Assembly: GCA_049852185.1 (NCBI GenBank)
Contig: CP187540.1
DNA from: Methanocaldococcus sp. 28A
Lineage (GTDB): Archaea > AGJL01 > Methanococci > Methanococcales > Methanocaldococcaceae
Length of the DNA stretch: 64,000 nucleotides
Reading direction: 5' to 3' (one strand)
A program made the translations under genes and the position numbers. Below the pieces are notes generated by a model. That model did no database searches and was not told where the DNA came from. It saw nothing but the letters and a program-made list of their open reading frames with translations. Every line of letters begins with the position of its first letter. Positions within the stretch are counted from its first letter, which is position 1. This document shows positions 12,296 to 24,134 of this stretch, piece by piece.

Positions 12296-13969
12296 ATGAT
12301 AAGTGATAGTGTAAAAAAAGGATTAAAAAGAGCTCCAAATAGAAGTTTATTAAAAGCTTGTGGATACACAGACGAAGAGATAGATAGACCTTTTATTGGA
12401 GTTGTTAACAGTTTTACTGAAGTTGTTCCAGGACATATACATTTAAGAGACATTGCTGAAGCAGTAAAAAAAGGAATATATGCAAATGGAGGAACTGCCT
12501 TTGAATTCAACACAATGGCAATATGTGATGGAATAGCTATGGGACATGAGGGTATGAAATACTCTTTACCTTCAAGAGAGATTATTGCTGATACCGTAGA
12601 GAGTATGGCAAAAGCCCATGGATTTGATGGATTAGTTTTAATTCCAAGCTGTGATAAAATAGTTCCTGGAATGATAATGGGAGCTATAAGAACTGGATTA
12701 CCATTTATAGTTGTTACTGGAGGGCCGATGTTTCCTGGAGAGTTGAGAGGGAAAAAATATGATTTAATTAGTGTATTTGAAGGGGTTGGGGCTTGTGCAG
12801 CTGGAAAAATTACAGAGGAAGAACTTAAAGAAATTGAAGATATTGCATGTCCAGGAGCTGGAAGCTGTGCAGGTCTATTTACAGCAAATACAATGGCTTG
12901 TTTAACTGAAGCTATGGGTTTATCGTTACCTTATTGCGCAACAGCTCATGCAACAACAGCAGAAAAGATAAGAATAGCTAAGAGAAGTGGAATGAGAATA
13001 GTTGATTTAGTTAGAAATAATATAACTCCAGATAAGATTTTAACTAAAGAGGCTTTTGAAAATGCTATATTAGTAGATTTAGCTTTGGGAGGTTCTACAA
13101 ACACAACCTTACATATTCCAGCAATAGCAAATGAAATAAAGCCAAAGTTTATAACATTAGATGACTTTGATAGGTTGAGTGATGAAGTGCCTCATATAGC
13201 TTCTTTAAGACCTGGAGGAGAACACTTCATAATTGATTTACATAGAGCTGGAGGAATTCCTGCCGTATTAAAAGTTTTAGAAGAGAAAATAAGGAAAAAT
13301 TGCCTAACAGTTAGTGGAAAAACCATTGAAGAGATAATTAATGAGGTTAAGTACATTGATTATAATATTATCAGACCAATAGACAACCCAGTCCATGAAA
13401 CAGCTGGTTTGAGAATATTGAAAGGAAGCTTAGCTCCTAATGGAGCAGTAGTAAAAATAGGTGCTGTAAATCCAAAGATGTATAAACATGAAGGGCCTGC
13501 AAGAGTATTTGATAGTGAGGAAGAAGCAGTTGACGCTATATTGGGAGGGGAGATTGAGAAAGGTGATGTTGTAGTTATTAGATATGAAGGCCCTGCAGGA
13601 GGTCCTGGGATGAGGGAGATGCTATCTCCAACTTCAGCAATATGTGGAATGGGATTAGATGATTCAGTGGCATTAATTACAGATGGTAGATTCAGTGGAG
13701 GGAGTAGAGGGCCATGTATTGGGCATGTTTCACCAGAAGCAATGGCTGGAGGGCCGATAGCGATAGTTGAGGATGGAGATATAATTAAAATAGATATGAT
13801 AAACAAAAAATTGGATTTGGCTTTAGAAGAGGAAGAGATTAAAGAAAGATTAGCTAAATGGAAAAAACCTGAGCCTAAAGTTAAAAAAGGTTACTTGGCA
13901 AGATATGCTAAGCTTGTAACATCAGCTGATGAAGGGGCTGTGTTAAGGTACGATTATAGTCGTGTATAG
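12296..13969 (+). CDS. ilvD: Dihydroxy-acid dehydratase
   Basis: [36 protein letters not shown]; stop codon displaced by a MITE. Confidence 0.97.
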   Translation: MISDSVKKGLKRAPNRSLLKACGYTDEEIDRPFIGVVNSFTEVVPGHIHLRDIAEAVKKGIYANGGTAFEFNTMAICDGIAMGHEGMKYSLPSREIIADTVESMAKAHGFDGLVLIPSCDKIVPGMIMGAIRTGLPFIVVTGGPMFPGELRGKKYDLISVFEGVGACAAGKITEEELKEIEDIACPGAGSCAGLFTANTMACLTEAMGLSLPYCATAHATTAEKIRIAKRSGMRIVDLVRNNITPDKILTKEAFENAILVDLALGGSTNTTLHIPAIANEIKPKFITLDDFDRLSDEVPHIASLRPGGEHFIIDLHRAGGIPAVLKVLEEKIRKNCLTVSGKTIEEIINEVKYIDYNIIRPIDNPVHETAGLRILKGSLAPNGAVVKIGAVNPKMYKHEGPARVFDSEEEAVDAILGGEIEKGDVVVIRYEGPAGGPGMREMLSPTSAICGMGLDDSVALITDGRFSGGSRGPCIGHVSPEAMAGGPIAIVEDGDIIKIDMINKKLDLALEEEEIKERLAKWKKPEPKVKKGYLARYAKLVTSADEGAVLRYDYSRV

Positions 13970-14040
13970 AACTATCTTAACTAAAATAAGGAATTAGCAA
14001 TTGTCCTTATAAAAGTTTATTTTATTTTGCACAACTACTA
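13957..14040. mobile_element. Short MITE variant lacking the central hairpin, inserted in the ilvD stop codon
   Basis: Same termini and internal sequence as the other copies, hairpin absent; GAT-TA|element|TA-A. Confidence 0.8.
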
Positions 14041-14073
14041 TAAAAATGTAAAAATAAAAAAAGATGGAGAGAA

Positions 14074-14292
<219 letters not shown>

Positions 14293-14559
14293 TTAATTCA
14301 CCTTTCAGTATCTTTAATATGTCTTTCTCTTTCTTAAGAAATATTATAAATATCAATCTTTTATACTTTCCAATCACCTATATATACTTTTTTAAGATAT
14401 TGTAAAAATCACGGTAATATATATAATTTCCTTAATTTGACAGCAATCACATAATGGTTTATCTTACAGAAATTTTTAAGTGTTCAACAATTAATGCGAG
14501 ATATTTTTATATATTTCCAAATATTTTGGTGTATATTTTTCAAATATTCCTTTATTTAG

Positions 14560-15060
14560 ATATATTTTTCCAAACCCATCTGCAATTGAAGATGGAATTT
14601 TTGAGATTGATGTGATAAAATCTGATTATAACCAATATTTGGGATTTGTTTTTGAAAAAGTTGCTAAGGAATTTTTGATTGAGTTAAATAAAATGAACAA
14701 ATTGCCATTTAAATTTTTAAACATTGGAAGATGGTGGAAAAAAGAAGTAGAGATTGACTTAATTGCTTTAAATAAAAATGAAAAAAAGGCATTATTTATT
14801 GAAGTTATAGTTGTGTGCAAAAGTATCTTAATTAAAATAAGGAATTAAAGAATGCCTTCCTTTTGGAAGGCATTCAAATTTTCCTTTACAAAGTTTATTT
14901 TATTTTGCACACAACTATAAATAGAAGAACTTGAAAGATATGGATGTTAAAAGAATACTCAATAATTTAGAAAGAAAATCAGAACTCGTAGGATTGAGTG
15001 ATTATGAAAATACTGTGCAATCATATGAAAAGAAATGTTTGATTTGGAAGATTTTAATAA
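14560..15060 (+). pseudogene. Archaeal ATPase/DUF234 C-terminal domain fragment interrupted by a MITE
   Basis: YLGFVFEKVAKEFL...IGRWWKKEVEIDLIALN...LFIEV; frame continues K*KNLKDMDVKRIL after removing the MITE. Confidence 0.75.
14808..14917. mobile_element. 110-bp MITE copy with TA target duplication
   Basis: Perfect TIR TAGTTGTGTGCAAAA; hairpin GAATGCCTTCC-TTTT-GGAAGGCATTC; TA at 14806-07 and 14918-19. Confidence 0.9.
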
Positions 15061-16163
15061 ACTTCTTTAATCTTCTCGCACAACAACTCAAAATCCTCCT
15101 TTTTATGTCCAACGTTTATACTTACCCTTATCCTTTCTGAGCCTTTAGGAACTGTTGGATATCTAATTCCCACACAAAAGATGTTATTTTTTATTAAATA
15201 CTCTGCTATTTCCATAGTTTTTTCTTTAAAAATGAATGGGTATATTGGAGTTAAATTATCCTCCCTAATAAATCCATTTTTCTTAAAAATTTCATTTGCT
15301 ATTTTTATGTTTTTTTGGAGATTTTTAACAACGTCTCCCTTTTCAATAATTTCAAATGCTTTAATGCAACCTTCAACAACATGTGGGGGAAGAGCAGTAG
15401 AATAAATAAAGCTCCTTGAAGTGTTTATTAAATACTCTATAACTTCCTCAATTCCACAAACAAATCCTCCCAAACCACCAATTGCCTTTGATAAAGTCCC
15501 AATTTGAATGATGTTGTCAGAAAGTTTTAAATTAAAGTGCTTTAAACTTCCTTTCCCATTACCCAAAACTCCTGTCCCATGTGCATCATCTATAATTAAA
15601 ATGGCATTAAACTCATCTGCTATCTTCTTTAAATCTTTAAGTGGGGCTATATCCCCATCCATACTAAAAACGCCGTCAGTTATAATAAATAAATTGTTGT
15701 ATTTTTTCCAATCTTCTTCAATTAAATTAAATAGATGTTCTACATCACAATGATTGTAAATCAAAACATCCGCCTTACTTAACCTACAGCCATCAATGAT
15801 AGATGCATGATTAAGTTTATCACTCAAAATTAAATCCCCTTTTTTGCATAATGAGGAAATAACTCCAACATTTGTAGCATAGCCAGAAGAATAAATTAAA
15901 GCCCTCTCTGTTTCTTTAAACTCCGCTATTTTATCTTCCAATCTTTGATGGTTTATATTTCCAGATGTTAATCTTGAGCCAGTTGCTCCTACTCCATATT
16001 TTAGTCCTTCTTTTACAGCTTCAATAACCTCTGGATGTTTTGATAGGCATAGATAATCATTTGAAGAGAAATCTAATATATTATCTCCTTTTTCTCTCAA
16101 AAATCTATACAATCCACTGTTATTTATGATTTCAATCTCTCTCTTTAATTTTTCTCTAAACAT
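15054..16163 (-). CDS. bioF: 8-amino-7-oxononanoate synthase
   Basis: FSSNDYL, NHASIIDG, FSMDGD, DDAHG, GTLSKA, IRYPTVP. Confidence 0.94.
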   Translation of the reverse strand: MFREKLKREIEIINNSGLYRFLREKGDNILDFSSNDYLCLSKHPEVIEAVKEGLKYGVGATGSRLTSGNINHQRLEDKIAEFKETERALIYSSGYATNVGVISSLCKKGDLILSDKLNHASIIDGCRLSKADVLIYNHCDVEHLFNLIEEDWKKYNNLFIITDGVFSMDGDIAPLKDLKKIADEFNAILIIDDAHGTGVLGNGKGSLKHFNLKLSDNIIQIGTLSKAIGGLGGFVCGIEEVIEYLINTSRSFIYSTALPPHVVEGCIKAFEIIEKGDVVKNLQKNIKIANEIFKKNGFIREDNLTPIYPFIFKEKTMEIAEYLIKNNIFCVGIRYPTVPKGSERIRVSINVGHKKEDFELLCEKIKEVY

Positions 16164-16175
16164 AAAAATCCCTTT

Positions 16176-16877
16176 TTATTTTATAATGAATGGCTTATTT
16201 TCTAATTTATTTATTAGGTCCTCTATATCAACATCATTTTTAACAAAAAATACCCTCCCTCCATTCTCTCCTTTTTCTTTTAAATTTGTAATCCTAAAAT
16301 AGCCCTTTTTAGTTGCAACATAGCCAGTAGTGTAACTTTTATTATCTGAGGTGCATAACTCAGCCATAACACCCAAATGAATAACCTTAGAGGCTATTGC
16401 AATAGCATCAACAGTCCTTTCTGTCCCTAAATTTTCTTTTAGAATCTTCTCTTTTAGTTCTTTTGTTGTATCTATATTTTTAACTCTAACGCCCCTGTCC
16501 TTATCTGGCTCTAATCTCTCCCCTCTTAAATTTAAAATTGCCGCCCCCCTCATTCCTCCCTTATCAATAATCTCAAATGCATAATCTATTACTTCATCTG
16601 AAATGCCCTCACTTTTTAATAACTCTCTTGCCTTTTCTCTTGCCTCTTTTTTATTTTTACATTCTATTGTTTTTATTGGTAAGTGGTTGATATAAATTAT
16701 ATTTTCCTTAATCTCATAAATCTTTAGGTTTATAAAATCTGGTGTTCCATTTTCATGTGTTAAAGCCCTTCTTATTAATTCTCTTGCAACATCTTCAATC
16801 TCTTCCTTATTTACAATCCTTTCTGCTCCAGAAAGGTGTTTCCCATTTTTTGAAGCTCTCATTTTTATGCTATACAT
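16176..16877 (-). CDS. bioW: 6-carboxyhexanoate-CoA ligase
   Basis: MYSIKMRAS...[20 protein letters not shown]...YTTGYVA, GGRVFF; upstream of bioF. Confidence 0.92.
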   Translation of the reverse strand: MYSIKMRASKNGKHLSGAERIVNKEEIEDVARELIRRALTHENGTPDFINLKIYEIKENIIYINHLPIKTIECKNKKEAREKARELLKSEGISDEVIDYAFEIIDKGGMRGAAILNLRGERLEPDKDRGVRVKNIDTTKELKEKILKENLGTERTVDAIAIASKVIHLGVMAELCTSDNKSYTTGYVATKKGYFRITNLKEKGENGGRVFFVKNDVDIEDLINKLENKPFIIK

Positions 16878-17001
16878 ATTCTCACATTTTAGTCTTTTTA
16901 TTTATTAGATTTTTATTTTAGCATAAGATATTATAACAGTATGGCTATAATTAGCAGTAATATAAAATAGCATACAGGATTTAATAATATAAGGTGATAA
17001 T

Positions 17002-17658
17002 TTGAGATTTGACTTTCATACGCATACAGTTTTTAGTGATGGTGAGCTAATACCCTCAGAGTTAGTTAGAAGAGCAATAGTCTTAAAACACAAAGCTATA
17101 GCTATAACAGACCATGCTGATTTCAGCAACTATAAAGAGTTGATTGAAAAAACTACTATTGCAAAAGAAGAGTTAAAAAAATACTGGGATATTGAGGTTA
17201 TAGTAGGGATTGAGTTGACTCACATCCCACCAAAATCCATACCAAAAATGGCAAAAAAAGCTAAAGATTTGGGAGCTGAGATTGTTGTAGTTCATGGAGA
17301 GACAGTAGTTGAGCCTGTTGAAGAAAAAACCAATTACTATGCCTCAATATCTGAAGATGTTGATATCTTAGCTCATCCAGGATTTATTGATAAAGAGGTT
17401 GCTGAAAATTTGAAGGAGAATGATATATTTGTTGAGATTACTTCAAGGAGAGGACATAATATTACAAATGGTTTTGTAGCCAATATTGCGAGAGAATTTG
17501 GATTAAAAACTTTGATAAATACTGACACTCACTCCCCAGATGATTTAATTGATGTTGAGTTTGCAAAAAAAGTAGGTTTAGGAGCAGGACTAACAAATAA
17601 AGAATTGGAAAATATACTATTACATTATCCAAAAGAGTTATTGAAGAGAATAAAATAA
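17002..17658 (+). CDS. PHP-domain (histidinol phosphatase-like) protein
   Basis: DFHTHT, SDG, AITDH, ILAHPG, NTDTH. Confidence 0.88.
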   Translation: MRFDFHTHTVFSDGELIPSELVRRAIVLKHKAIAITDHADFSNYKELIEKTTIAKEELKKYWDIEVIVGIELTHIPPKSIPKMAKKAKDLGAEIVVVHGETVVEPVEEKTNYYASISEDVDILAHPGFIDKEVAENLKENDIFVEITSRRGHNITNGFVANIAREFGLKTLINTDTHSPDDLIDVEFAKKVGLGAGLTNKELENILLHYPKELLKRIK

Positions 17659-17696
17659 CATGATGAATACGGGCAAATAATAACAGTATGGTTTTA

Positions 17697-17808
17697 TATT
17701 TTGTGCAAAATAAACTAAACTCTTATAAGGACAATTTGAATGCCTTTATTATGGAAGACATTCTTTAATACCTAATTATTTTATTTAAAATAGTTTTGCA
17801 CACAACTA
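17697..17808. mobile_element. ~110-bp MITE copy (degenerate)
   Basis: TTGTGCAAAATAAA...GAATGCCT...TTTTGCACACAACTA. Confidence 0.8.
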
Positions 17809-17867
17809 TATATTCATACTCTTATAAAGTGTTATTTGTTTGATGATTGACTATAGCAAAAATATAG

Positions 17868-18713
17868 GTGGATGGAATGACATCTATGGATGTATTTTTC
17901 TTTCTATTCCTATTTCTATTGTTTATTTATCCAGAAATGATGATGAGATATAGGATAATGAAAAGGTTGAGATGCATAAGGGAAATAGAGAGAGAAAGAA
18001 AAAGTAGGGTTATAGCTATGATACATAGACAAGAGGCATTAACATTTTTGGGAATACCAATATACAAATTTATCACTATTGAAGATAGTGAAGAGATTTT
18101 GAGGGCAATAAGATTAACTCCAGAAGATATGCCTATTGATTTAATCATACATACTCCTGGAGGTTTAGCTTTAGCGAGTGAGCAAATTGCCTTAGCTTTA
18201 AAAGAACATAAAGCAAAAACAACAGTTATAATTCCACATTATGCTATGAGTGGTGGCTCTCTAATAGCTTTAGCTGCAGATGAAATAATTATGGATAAAA
18301 ATGCAGTAATGGGGCCAGTAGACCCTCAAATTGGACAATATCCAGCTGCCTCTATTCTTGAAGCATACTATAGGAAAGGGGATAAAGTAACTGATGAGAC
18401 ATTAATATTAGTAGATATATCAAAAAAAGCAATTAAACAGATGGAAGAATTTGTTTATGAGTTGTTGAAAGATAAATATGGAGATGAAAAAGCTAAGGAT
18501 ATTGCAAAAAAACTTACTGAGGGAAGATGGACACATGATTATCCTTTAACAGTTAATAAATTAAAAGAACTTGGTATTGAAGTTAATATAAATGTCCCAA
18601 GAAAGGTTTATGAGTTATTGGAGCTTTATCCACAACCAATGGGTGCAAAGCCATCTGTCTATTACATCCCCGTTCCATATAGCAAAAAAGATAAGGGAGA
18701 GGATGCAAAATAA
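17868..18713 (+). CDS. SDH family ClpP-fold serine protease
   Basis: [33 protein letters not shown]. Confidence 0.9.
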   Translation: MDGMTSMDVFFFLFLFLLFIYPEMMMRYRIMKRLRCIREIERERKSRVIAMIHRQEALTFLGIPIYKFITIEDSEEILRAIRLTPEDMPIDLIIHTPGGLALASEQIALALKEHKAKTTVIIPHYAMSGGSLIALAADEIIMDKNAVMGPVDPQIGQYPAASILEAYYRKGDKVTDETLILVDISKKAIKQMEEFVYELLKDKYGDEKAKDIAKKLTEGRWTHDYPLTVNKLKELGIEVNINVPRKVYELLELYPQPMGAKPSVYYIPVPYSKKDKGEDAK

Positions 18714-19047
18714 AAAAATTAAAAAAGTTAAAGTTGGAGAGTTAGAGTTTGACGTTGTGTTGGCTGATAATTTTATTAAAAGAGCTTTTGGTTTAATGTT
18801 TAGAGATATTGGGAATAAAGCCATGCTATTTTTATACAAGAGGAGAAAGATATCTATGCATACTTTCTTTATGCTTTATCCCATTGATGTAATTTTTATT
18901 GATGAAAATAAAGTAGTGGAAGCAGTAAGATTAAAGCCATGGAAAACATACAAATGCAAAAATTACTCAACGGCAATGCTTGAATTTAAGTGTATAGATA
19001 TCAACTTAGATAAACTTGTTGGGGAAAAAGTAGAGTTTATGAGATGA
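18703..19047 (+). CDS. DUF192 family protein
   Basis: [34 protein letters not shown]; start set at ATG 18703. Confidence 0.85.
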   Translation: MQNKKIKKVKVGELEFDVVLADNFIKRAFGLMFRDIGNKAMLFLYKRRKISMHTFFMLYPIDVIFIDENKVVEAVRLKPWKTYKCKNYSTAMLEFKCIDINLDKLVGEKVEFMR

Positions 19048-20087
19048 TAATTATGGATTATCTAAAAATCTTAGAGGATTTAGTAAAAATTAGAACAGAT
19101 AATAGAATTGGTGTTAAAAAAGCATTTAAATATTTGTCTAATCTTTTCAACAACTTAGGAATAAAAAATACTATCATTGATGGATGTTTTATAGCTTATA
19201 AAGAAAAAGAAAACTTTGATTTGATATTAAATTCACATATAGATACTGTAAAAGTTCAATCAAATTTTAAAAAAGATGAAAATAACTTTTATGGAACTGG
19301 AGTTATAGATGCCAAGGGAAATGTTGTTTTAATGATTCATGCTTTTTTAAACACTAATAAATCATTATTGGTTATCTCTCCCGATGAAGAAAAAGAATCA
19401 AATGGTATTTATAATTTTTGCCAACATTTAAAGGATAAATATAAAATTAAAAAGGATATTAAATGCATAGTTGGTGAGCCAACTGACTTAAAAGTTTGTA
19501 TTGGGCATAAAGGAAGGTTTGAATACATTGTAGAAAGTTTTGGTAAAGCGAAGCATGCTTCATCATCTAACTGCATAAATCCAATAGAAATTTTGAGCTA
19601 TGTCATTTTAGATTTAAAAAATCTCCATTTAAAAAAGATTAAAGTTGATAAAATATATAGTTCGTCAATAACTCCAACAATAATAAATGGTGGAATTCAA
19701 AGCAATATTATCCCAGATTATGCTTATCTCTTATTTGATGTTAGAAGTGTTGAGAAAAACATAATAAAAAAGATAGACAACTTTTTATCTCAAAAAAAAT
19801 ATTCAAAGCATATAAAAAGTGGATTAAATCCAAAAAGGCATTATGCAGATTTCTATATGCTTGAAAATAAAGAACTAATAGATAAATTATCTAAAGAGTT
19901 TGAAATATCATTTTTCAATGCCACCTGTGAAGCATATTACTTCAACAAATTTTTAAACGCTGATACTATTATTTATGGTGTAGGAAAATTAGAACTTGCA
20001 CATTCTAAAGAAGAGTATTTAAATTTAAATGATTTTAACATAGGAATTAAAAGAATAGAAAAGCTTGCAGAATTAATTAAAGAATAA
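19044..20087 (+). CDS. M20 family metallopeptidase/deacylase (ArgE/DapE-like)
   Basis: [30 protein letters not shown]. Confidence 0.88.
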   Translation: MIIMDYLKILEDLVKIRTDNRIGVKKAFKYLSNLFNNLGIKNTIIDGCFIAYKEKENFDLILNSHIDTVKVQSNFKKDENNFYGTGVIDAKGNVVLMIHAFLNTNKSLLVISPDEEKESNGIYNFCQHLKDKYKIKKDIKCIVGEPTDLKVCIGHKGRFEYIVESFGKAKHASSSNCINPIEILSYVILDLKNLHLKKIKVDKIYSSSITPTIINGGIQSNIIPDYAYLLFDVRSVEKNIIKKIDNFLSQKKYSKHIKSGLNPKRHYADFYMLENKELIDKLSKEFEISFFNATCEAYYFNKFLNADTIIYGVGKLELAHSKEEYLNLNDFNIGIKRIEKLAELIKE

Positions 20088-20099
20088 TGGGAGCAAAAA

Positions 20100-20201
20100 T
20101 GGATGTAAATAAAATTTACTGTATAGATTGTTTAGAGGGAATGAAAGAATTAAAAGATAAGTCTGTCATAGTTGTTACTTCTCCTTTATAAAATTTAGGT
20201 A
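20100..20201 (+). pseudogene. N-terminal relic of an N4/N6 DNA methyltransferase (beta class)
   Basis: [30 protein letters not shown], a decayed NKIYxxDCLEGMK...VVTSPPY start, cut off by the IS at 20202. Confidence 0.75.
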
Positions 20202-21400
20202 CAGTATCTCCAAACATCATAAAATAAACAGAAAAGTTAATATTTCATAATATTGAATAATATTTGAATAATTATTAAAAAAATAGGGGGAGATGGAACA
20301 ATGAACGACATAAGATTGTTGGCTATAAAATCATTTAACGAATTTAACGAATTCATAAGCAATGTTCTTCAAATTTGTCTAAGGATTTATGAGTTGAGGA
20401 TTATGCAATAGGACTTATAGAGGCAATGTCGAATAACACATACTTAGAGACTGTTAGTAAGCTAAATTATCCATCGGCAGACTCTTACTATCGATATATA
20501 AATAAGGCAGGTAATTCTATGTTTAAAGAAATTTATAAATCTTTTGTTAAAAATATATTCAATGATTTAAAAAAATAATAGAAATTTTTGCCTATCGATA
20601 GATACGCATTATGATGCCTATTATGGTAATAATTTAGATTTAGAATTAATTCACGAATATAGAAAAGAGAGGGGCAGTACTGGTTCGTATAAATATATAG
20701 CTGCTACATTACATACTGAAGATTTTTCGTTAATAATCTATTGTGATATTCTTGTTAAGGAAGATTCGTTGCTTAATCATGTGAAGGAAATTATGGGCTT
20801 TACTATTAACGATTTAGAAATAAATCCATCTAATATTGCAGTACTTACCGATAGAGAGTTTAAAGACTTTGAAATAATAAAAATTTTTGAAAAATACGGA
20901 TGTAATTACATAAGCTTTATTCCGAAAAATGATAAAGTTAAATACTATCTTGAGGAGGAATATAAAAAAGAAGAAAAATGGAAATTCGATTATGTTATCG
21001 ATAAAAATACTATTCCTAAATTAGTTATTGCTGAGGACGAAATAATTACAAACTACAAAAGAAAAAAGGTATATTATACCTTTTTAACTAATATCGACTT
21101 TGAAAATCAAGAATCTTACATAAAAATGTATAAAAAACGATGGAATATTAAAACACGATTTAGAATGCTTAAAGATGCAGTTATAAAAACGAAATCAACC
21201 TCTTTAAAAGTTAGGTTGTTCCTTTTTATGCTTAAATGCGTTATTCATAACTTATGGATTAAAATTCGTAATAAAAAAGAATGTATTTCTTTAAAATTCT
21301 TCATCGTCGAAATATGTAAGTTATTAAATGAGTTCGATTATTCAATCATGGTTATGCGTAATACTCCGTTGTGTATACCTATGCATATTCGTAGATACTG
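20202..21400 (+). mobile_element. ISH3-family insertion sequence, transposase pseudogene
   Basis: TIR CAGTATCT...AGATACTG; frameshifted ORF from ATG 20301 with SIDTHYDAYYG, VLTDREF and KRWNIKTRFR (catalytic E replaced by K). Confidence 0.8.
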
Positions 21401-21415
21401 GTAGACATAACAAGC

Positions 21416-21696
21416 AATGTAATTTTAAATACATTGTTAATAATCTCTGGAGCAATGTTTAATATTTTAGTTATAAAATTATTAAAATTAGAGAAACTAT
21501 TATTGGAAAATAGGTATTTGTTAATGATATATTTAGTAGCTGTAGTTGTTGCTATGAATATATTTGATTAGATAGCTCGACCGATTATCTCTAATTATTT
21601 TAACGTAATTAACTACGTACCATTATCATTTTTTGTTGGGTTTGGAGGAGGAATATTGGTTTCATTCTTTTATTTAATTGCATGGAAAAAATCATA
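21416..21696 (+). pseudogene. Truncated multi-pass membrane protein (possible immunity gene of a lost cassette)
   Basis: VILNTLLIISGAMFNILV...YLLMIYLVAVVVAMNIFD*IARP...PLSFFVGFGGGILVSFFYLIAWKKS*; internal stop, 5' end cut by the IS. Confidence 0.5.
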
Positions 21697-21809
21697 GATG
21701 TTTAATTCACGCGAAATTTTAGAACTATAATGTTCTAATCTCTGCAATTTCATTTTATATAATTTAGTTTTATCCTTAAAAATCAGTATAACAAAAATTC
21801 ATCTTAATT

Positions 21810-21982
21810 GTGAAACCATAAAAAACTTACTATCAATATTAACACTCCTAATTTTCTCAATGGGATTCATATTTGGCTTTATATTCATAAATGACTTTTC
21901 AAAAAACTACAAAGGAGAAGAAATAAATTAAAATTTCTACTTTTATATTACTCCAAAAGTTGCAAATTTAGTTATAAAATAA
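21810..21982 (+). pseudogene. Internally deleted SpoIIM/DUF95 relic 1
   Basis: Encodes FIFINDFSKNYKGEEIN and YITPKVANLVIK*, matching the N- and C-termini of 25699-26256. Confidence 0.82.
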
Positions 21983-22236
21983 ATTTTACTTTTATAAAGT
22001 TTTAGTTATTTTAGAATTATTAAAAATCTTAATTGGCTAATTATTTGTATATTTATGCTTTACTATTTAGTTTAAAATAGTAATATATATATGTGTTTTT
22101 ACATTTATAATTATGAAAAATGTGGAAAATGATATGATATTAAAAAGTATGTTAAATTAAAAAATATTTGGCGATGATGCCCTCTATGGGCGGAGCCAAT
22201 ATTAACGGGCTATATTGAACCACCATAGAAAGGTGG
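21982..22236 (+). repeat. ~255-bp duplicated promoter/5' leader, copy 1
   Basis: Near-identical to 24759-25008; each copy directly precedes a peptide precursor gene. Confidence 0.92.
22168..22236 (+). promoter_or_regulatory. Structured 5' UTR: k-turn, AT hairpin and SD-sequestering hairpin (copy 1)
   Basis: TTGGC-GAT-GA-T-GCCC-TCTAT-GGGC-G-GA-GCCAA fits the k-turn consensus; CCACC-ATAGAAA-GGTGG pairs with the RBS. Confidence 0.65.
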
Positions 22237-22240
22237 CATT

Positions 22241-22543
22241 ATAAATATATTAAAGGGTAGTGTATTAAAAGTTTTCGGAGCTGTAGTTTTAGTTAGCATG
22301 ATAGGTGCTTTAGTAGCTGAGCCTGTTGCTTTAGGGGATATTGGAGTGGCTTATTATTTAAAATATCATAACGATTATGGATATATTGATGATGGAAAAG
22401 ACTATGGTAAAAAAGGAATAAAAATTCTTGCAGCGGTAGCTGCAATTGAAGAAGTTGAAGGAACTACTGAAGCAGCTGTTTTAGCTGCATGTGGTCTTAC
22501 TGGTATAGGATTAGTAGCTGTGGGAGCCACAATGGTTTGCTAA
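22241..22543 (+). CDS. Putative archaeocin/bacteriocin-like peptide precursor A (ATA at the homologous start position)
   Basis: In-frame extension (I/M)NILKGSVLKVFGAVVLVSMIGALVA|EPVALGDIG aligns with the leader of 25014-25295; Ala/Gly-rich hydrophobic C-terminus. Confidence 0.7.
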   Translation: MNILKGSVLKVFGAVVLVSMIGALVAEPVALGDIGVAYYLKYHNDYGYIDDGKDYGKKGIKILAAVAAIEEVEGTTEAAVLAACGLTGIGLVAVGATMVC

Positions 22544-22565
22544 ATCTATAATAAGTATAAGTAGT

Positions 22566-22967
22566 GTGATAATTATGAAATCTTTTATTTTTTATTTTTT
22601 TTATAATTGGCGTACAATATTAAATTTATGGATAGTATTTATTGTTGTTTTATTAGCTATTGTAACATTAAAACCTAAAATATCTATTAACATTAAAAAA
22701 TCTGGGGCGATATTGGTTATTTGTATAATTTATACATTACTAAATATATTTGCTTATTATGTTATAGGAAATATTAGTTTAAACATATTGTCTAATGTTT
22801 TTATATCTGTTGTATTATTTGGAATTGGAATAATATTGTATGTTAAGTACCAGTCTGAAAAATTAACAAATAATACTGTTAAATATGCAGCAATTGTGTT
22901 ATTGTTTTTGTCTTTAATAGATGTAATAGAATTATATATAAAAATTCTAATTAAATTAGTTTCTTAA
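22566..22967 (+). CDS. Small ~4-TM membrane protein, putative immunity protein A
   Basis: Highly hydrophobic, Lys-rich loops, directly downstream of precursor A; function inferred from position. Confidence 0.6.
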   Translation: MIIMKSFIFYFFYNWRTILNLWIVFIVVLLAIVTLKPKISINIKKSGAILVICIIYTLLNIFAYYVIGNISLNILSNVFISVVLFGIGIILYVKYQSEKLTNNTVKYAAIVLLFLSLIDVIELYIKILIKLVS

Positions 22968-22975
22968 TTTAAATA

Positions 22976-24108
22976 TAGGACTTTTGCAAGCATATTTAAA
23001 TATTTATTATAATATTTCATGATAATCTATTTTTATCAGATATTATAATTTTTCGAAACAAAAGTTTATTTTGGGGAAAATATGCTAAAAATGTCGAGGA
23101 CTATCGTTTATATGCTTTTTATATTACTTTCAGAGATTAATTCGTGTGTAGAGTTATCGAAAACGTTGCGTATTTTCGGAATCGACATATCTCACGATAC
23201 AATAAATAGAATACTTTGGGAAGAAGGAATCTTCCCACAAGAAAAGCTTTTTAATTTCGTTAAAGATTTAATCACTCCTGATTATAATATTGTCGTTATA
23301 GATGACTTTGTTATAGATAAAATTTACTCTAAATCGACTGAATTTGCTTATTATTGTTGGAGTAATCTACATAAACGAGTAATTAAAGGCTTACATATCG
23401 TTGATTGCATAATTACAAATGGAAAACATATTATTCCAATCGATTTTAGAGTATATGACAGACCAAGAGATGGAAAGACGAAAAATAATTTATGTAGGGA
23501 GATAATAAAGTCTTTAGTGGATAAAGGATTAAATATTAGATATATCTGTTTCGATAGTTGGTATTCAAGTAAAGATAACTTAAAACTTATCGATAGTTTA
23601 GGTTTATTCTACCTCTGCAGAATTAAAAGGAATAGAAAGGTAAAACTCTCCAAAAACAGAGAGTGGGTATCAATCGAAGACATTAAGGAAATTCCTAAGA
23701 ATGGATTAATCGTTTATCTACGAAAAGTTGGCTATGTCAGACTCTTCTGCCTTTCCAAAAACGGAAAGGCAAAATATTATATAACTAATAACCTATTTAT
23801 GAGTTTCGAAGAATTCCAAGAGGTCAAAAACGCCTCTTGGAGAATCGAGGAATTCCATAGAGGTGTTAAACAGTGCTGTAATACAGGCAATTTCTTCGTT
23901 AGAAAAAAATTTCCAATTTTAGGTCATATCTCCCTTTCTATGAGAGCTTTTTACCTCTTAGAGAAAATTAGAATCGATAAAAATATTAGTTGGTATGAAC
24001 TTAGAAGAAAACTAAATCGAATAGCTGTTGGTAATGCCATAATCTCTTTGTGTGAAGAAATTGGTTTATCGTTAATCTAAGTATTTAAATGTGGATGCGA
24101 AAGTCCTA
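22976..24108 (+). mobile_element. IS701-family insertion sequence, copy 2 (intact)
   Basis: TIR TAGGACTTTTGCA / TGCGAAAGTCCTA; 8-bp target duplication TTTAAATA. Confidence 0.93.
23082..24080 (+). CDS. IS701-family DDE transposase
   Basis: VVIDDFVIDK, CFDSWY, WRIEEFHRGVKQ. Confidence 0.9.
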   Translation: MLKMSRTIVYMLFILLSEINSCVELSKTLRIFGIDISHDTINRILWEEGIFPQEKLFNFVKDLITPDYNIVVIDDFVIDKIYSKSTEFAYYCWSNLHKRVIKGLHIVDCIITNGKHIIPIDFRVYDRPRDGKTKNNLCREIIKSLVDKGLNIRYICFDSWYSSKDNLKLIDSLGLFYLCRIKRNRKVKLSKNREWVSIEDIKEIPKNGLIVYLRKVGYVRLFCLSKNGKAKYYITNNLFMSFEEFQEVKNASWRIEEFHRGVKQCCNTGNFFVRKKFPILGHISLSMRAFYLLEKIRIDKNISWYELRRKLNRIAVGNAIISLCEEIGLSLI

Positions 24109-24134
24109 TTTAAATATTTAATTCAAATCTGCCT

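Noticed and set aside
22168-22236. GGCGATG leader as a fluoride (crcB) riboswitch or a full box C/D sRNA
   Set aside because: Lacks the fluoride pseudoknot and 3' conserved motif; has only one k-turn with a paired stem, and no guide regions or C'/D' boxes
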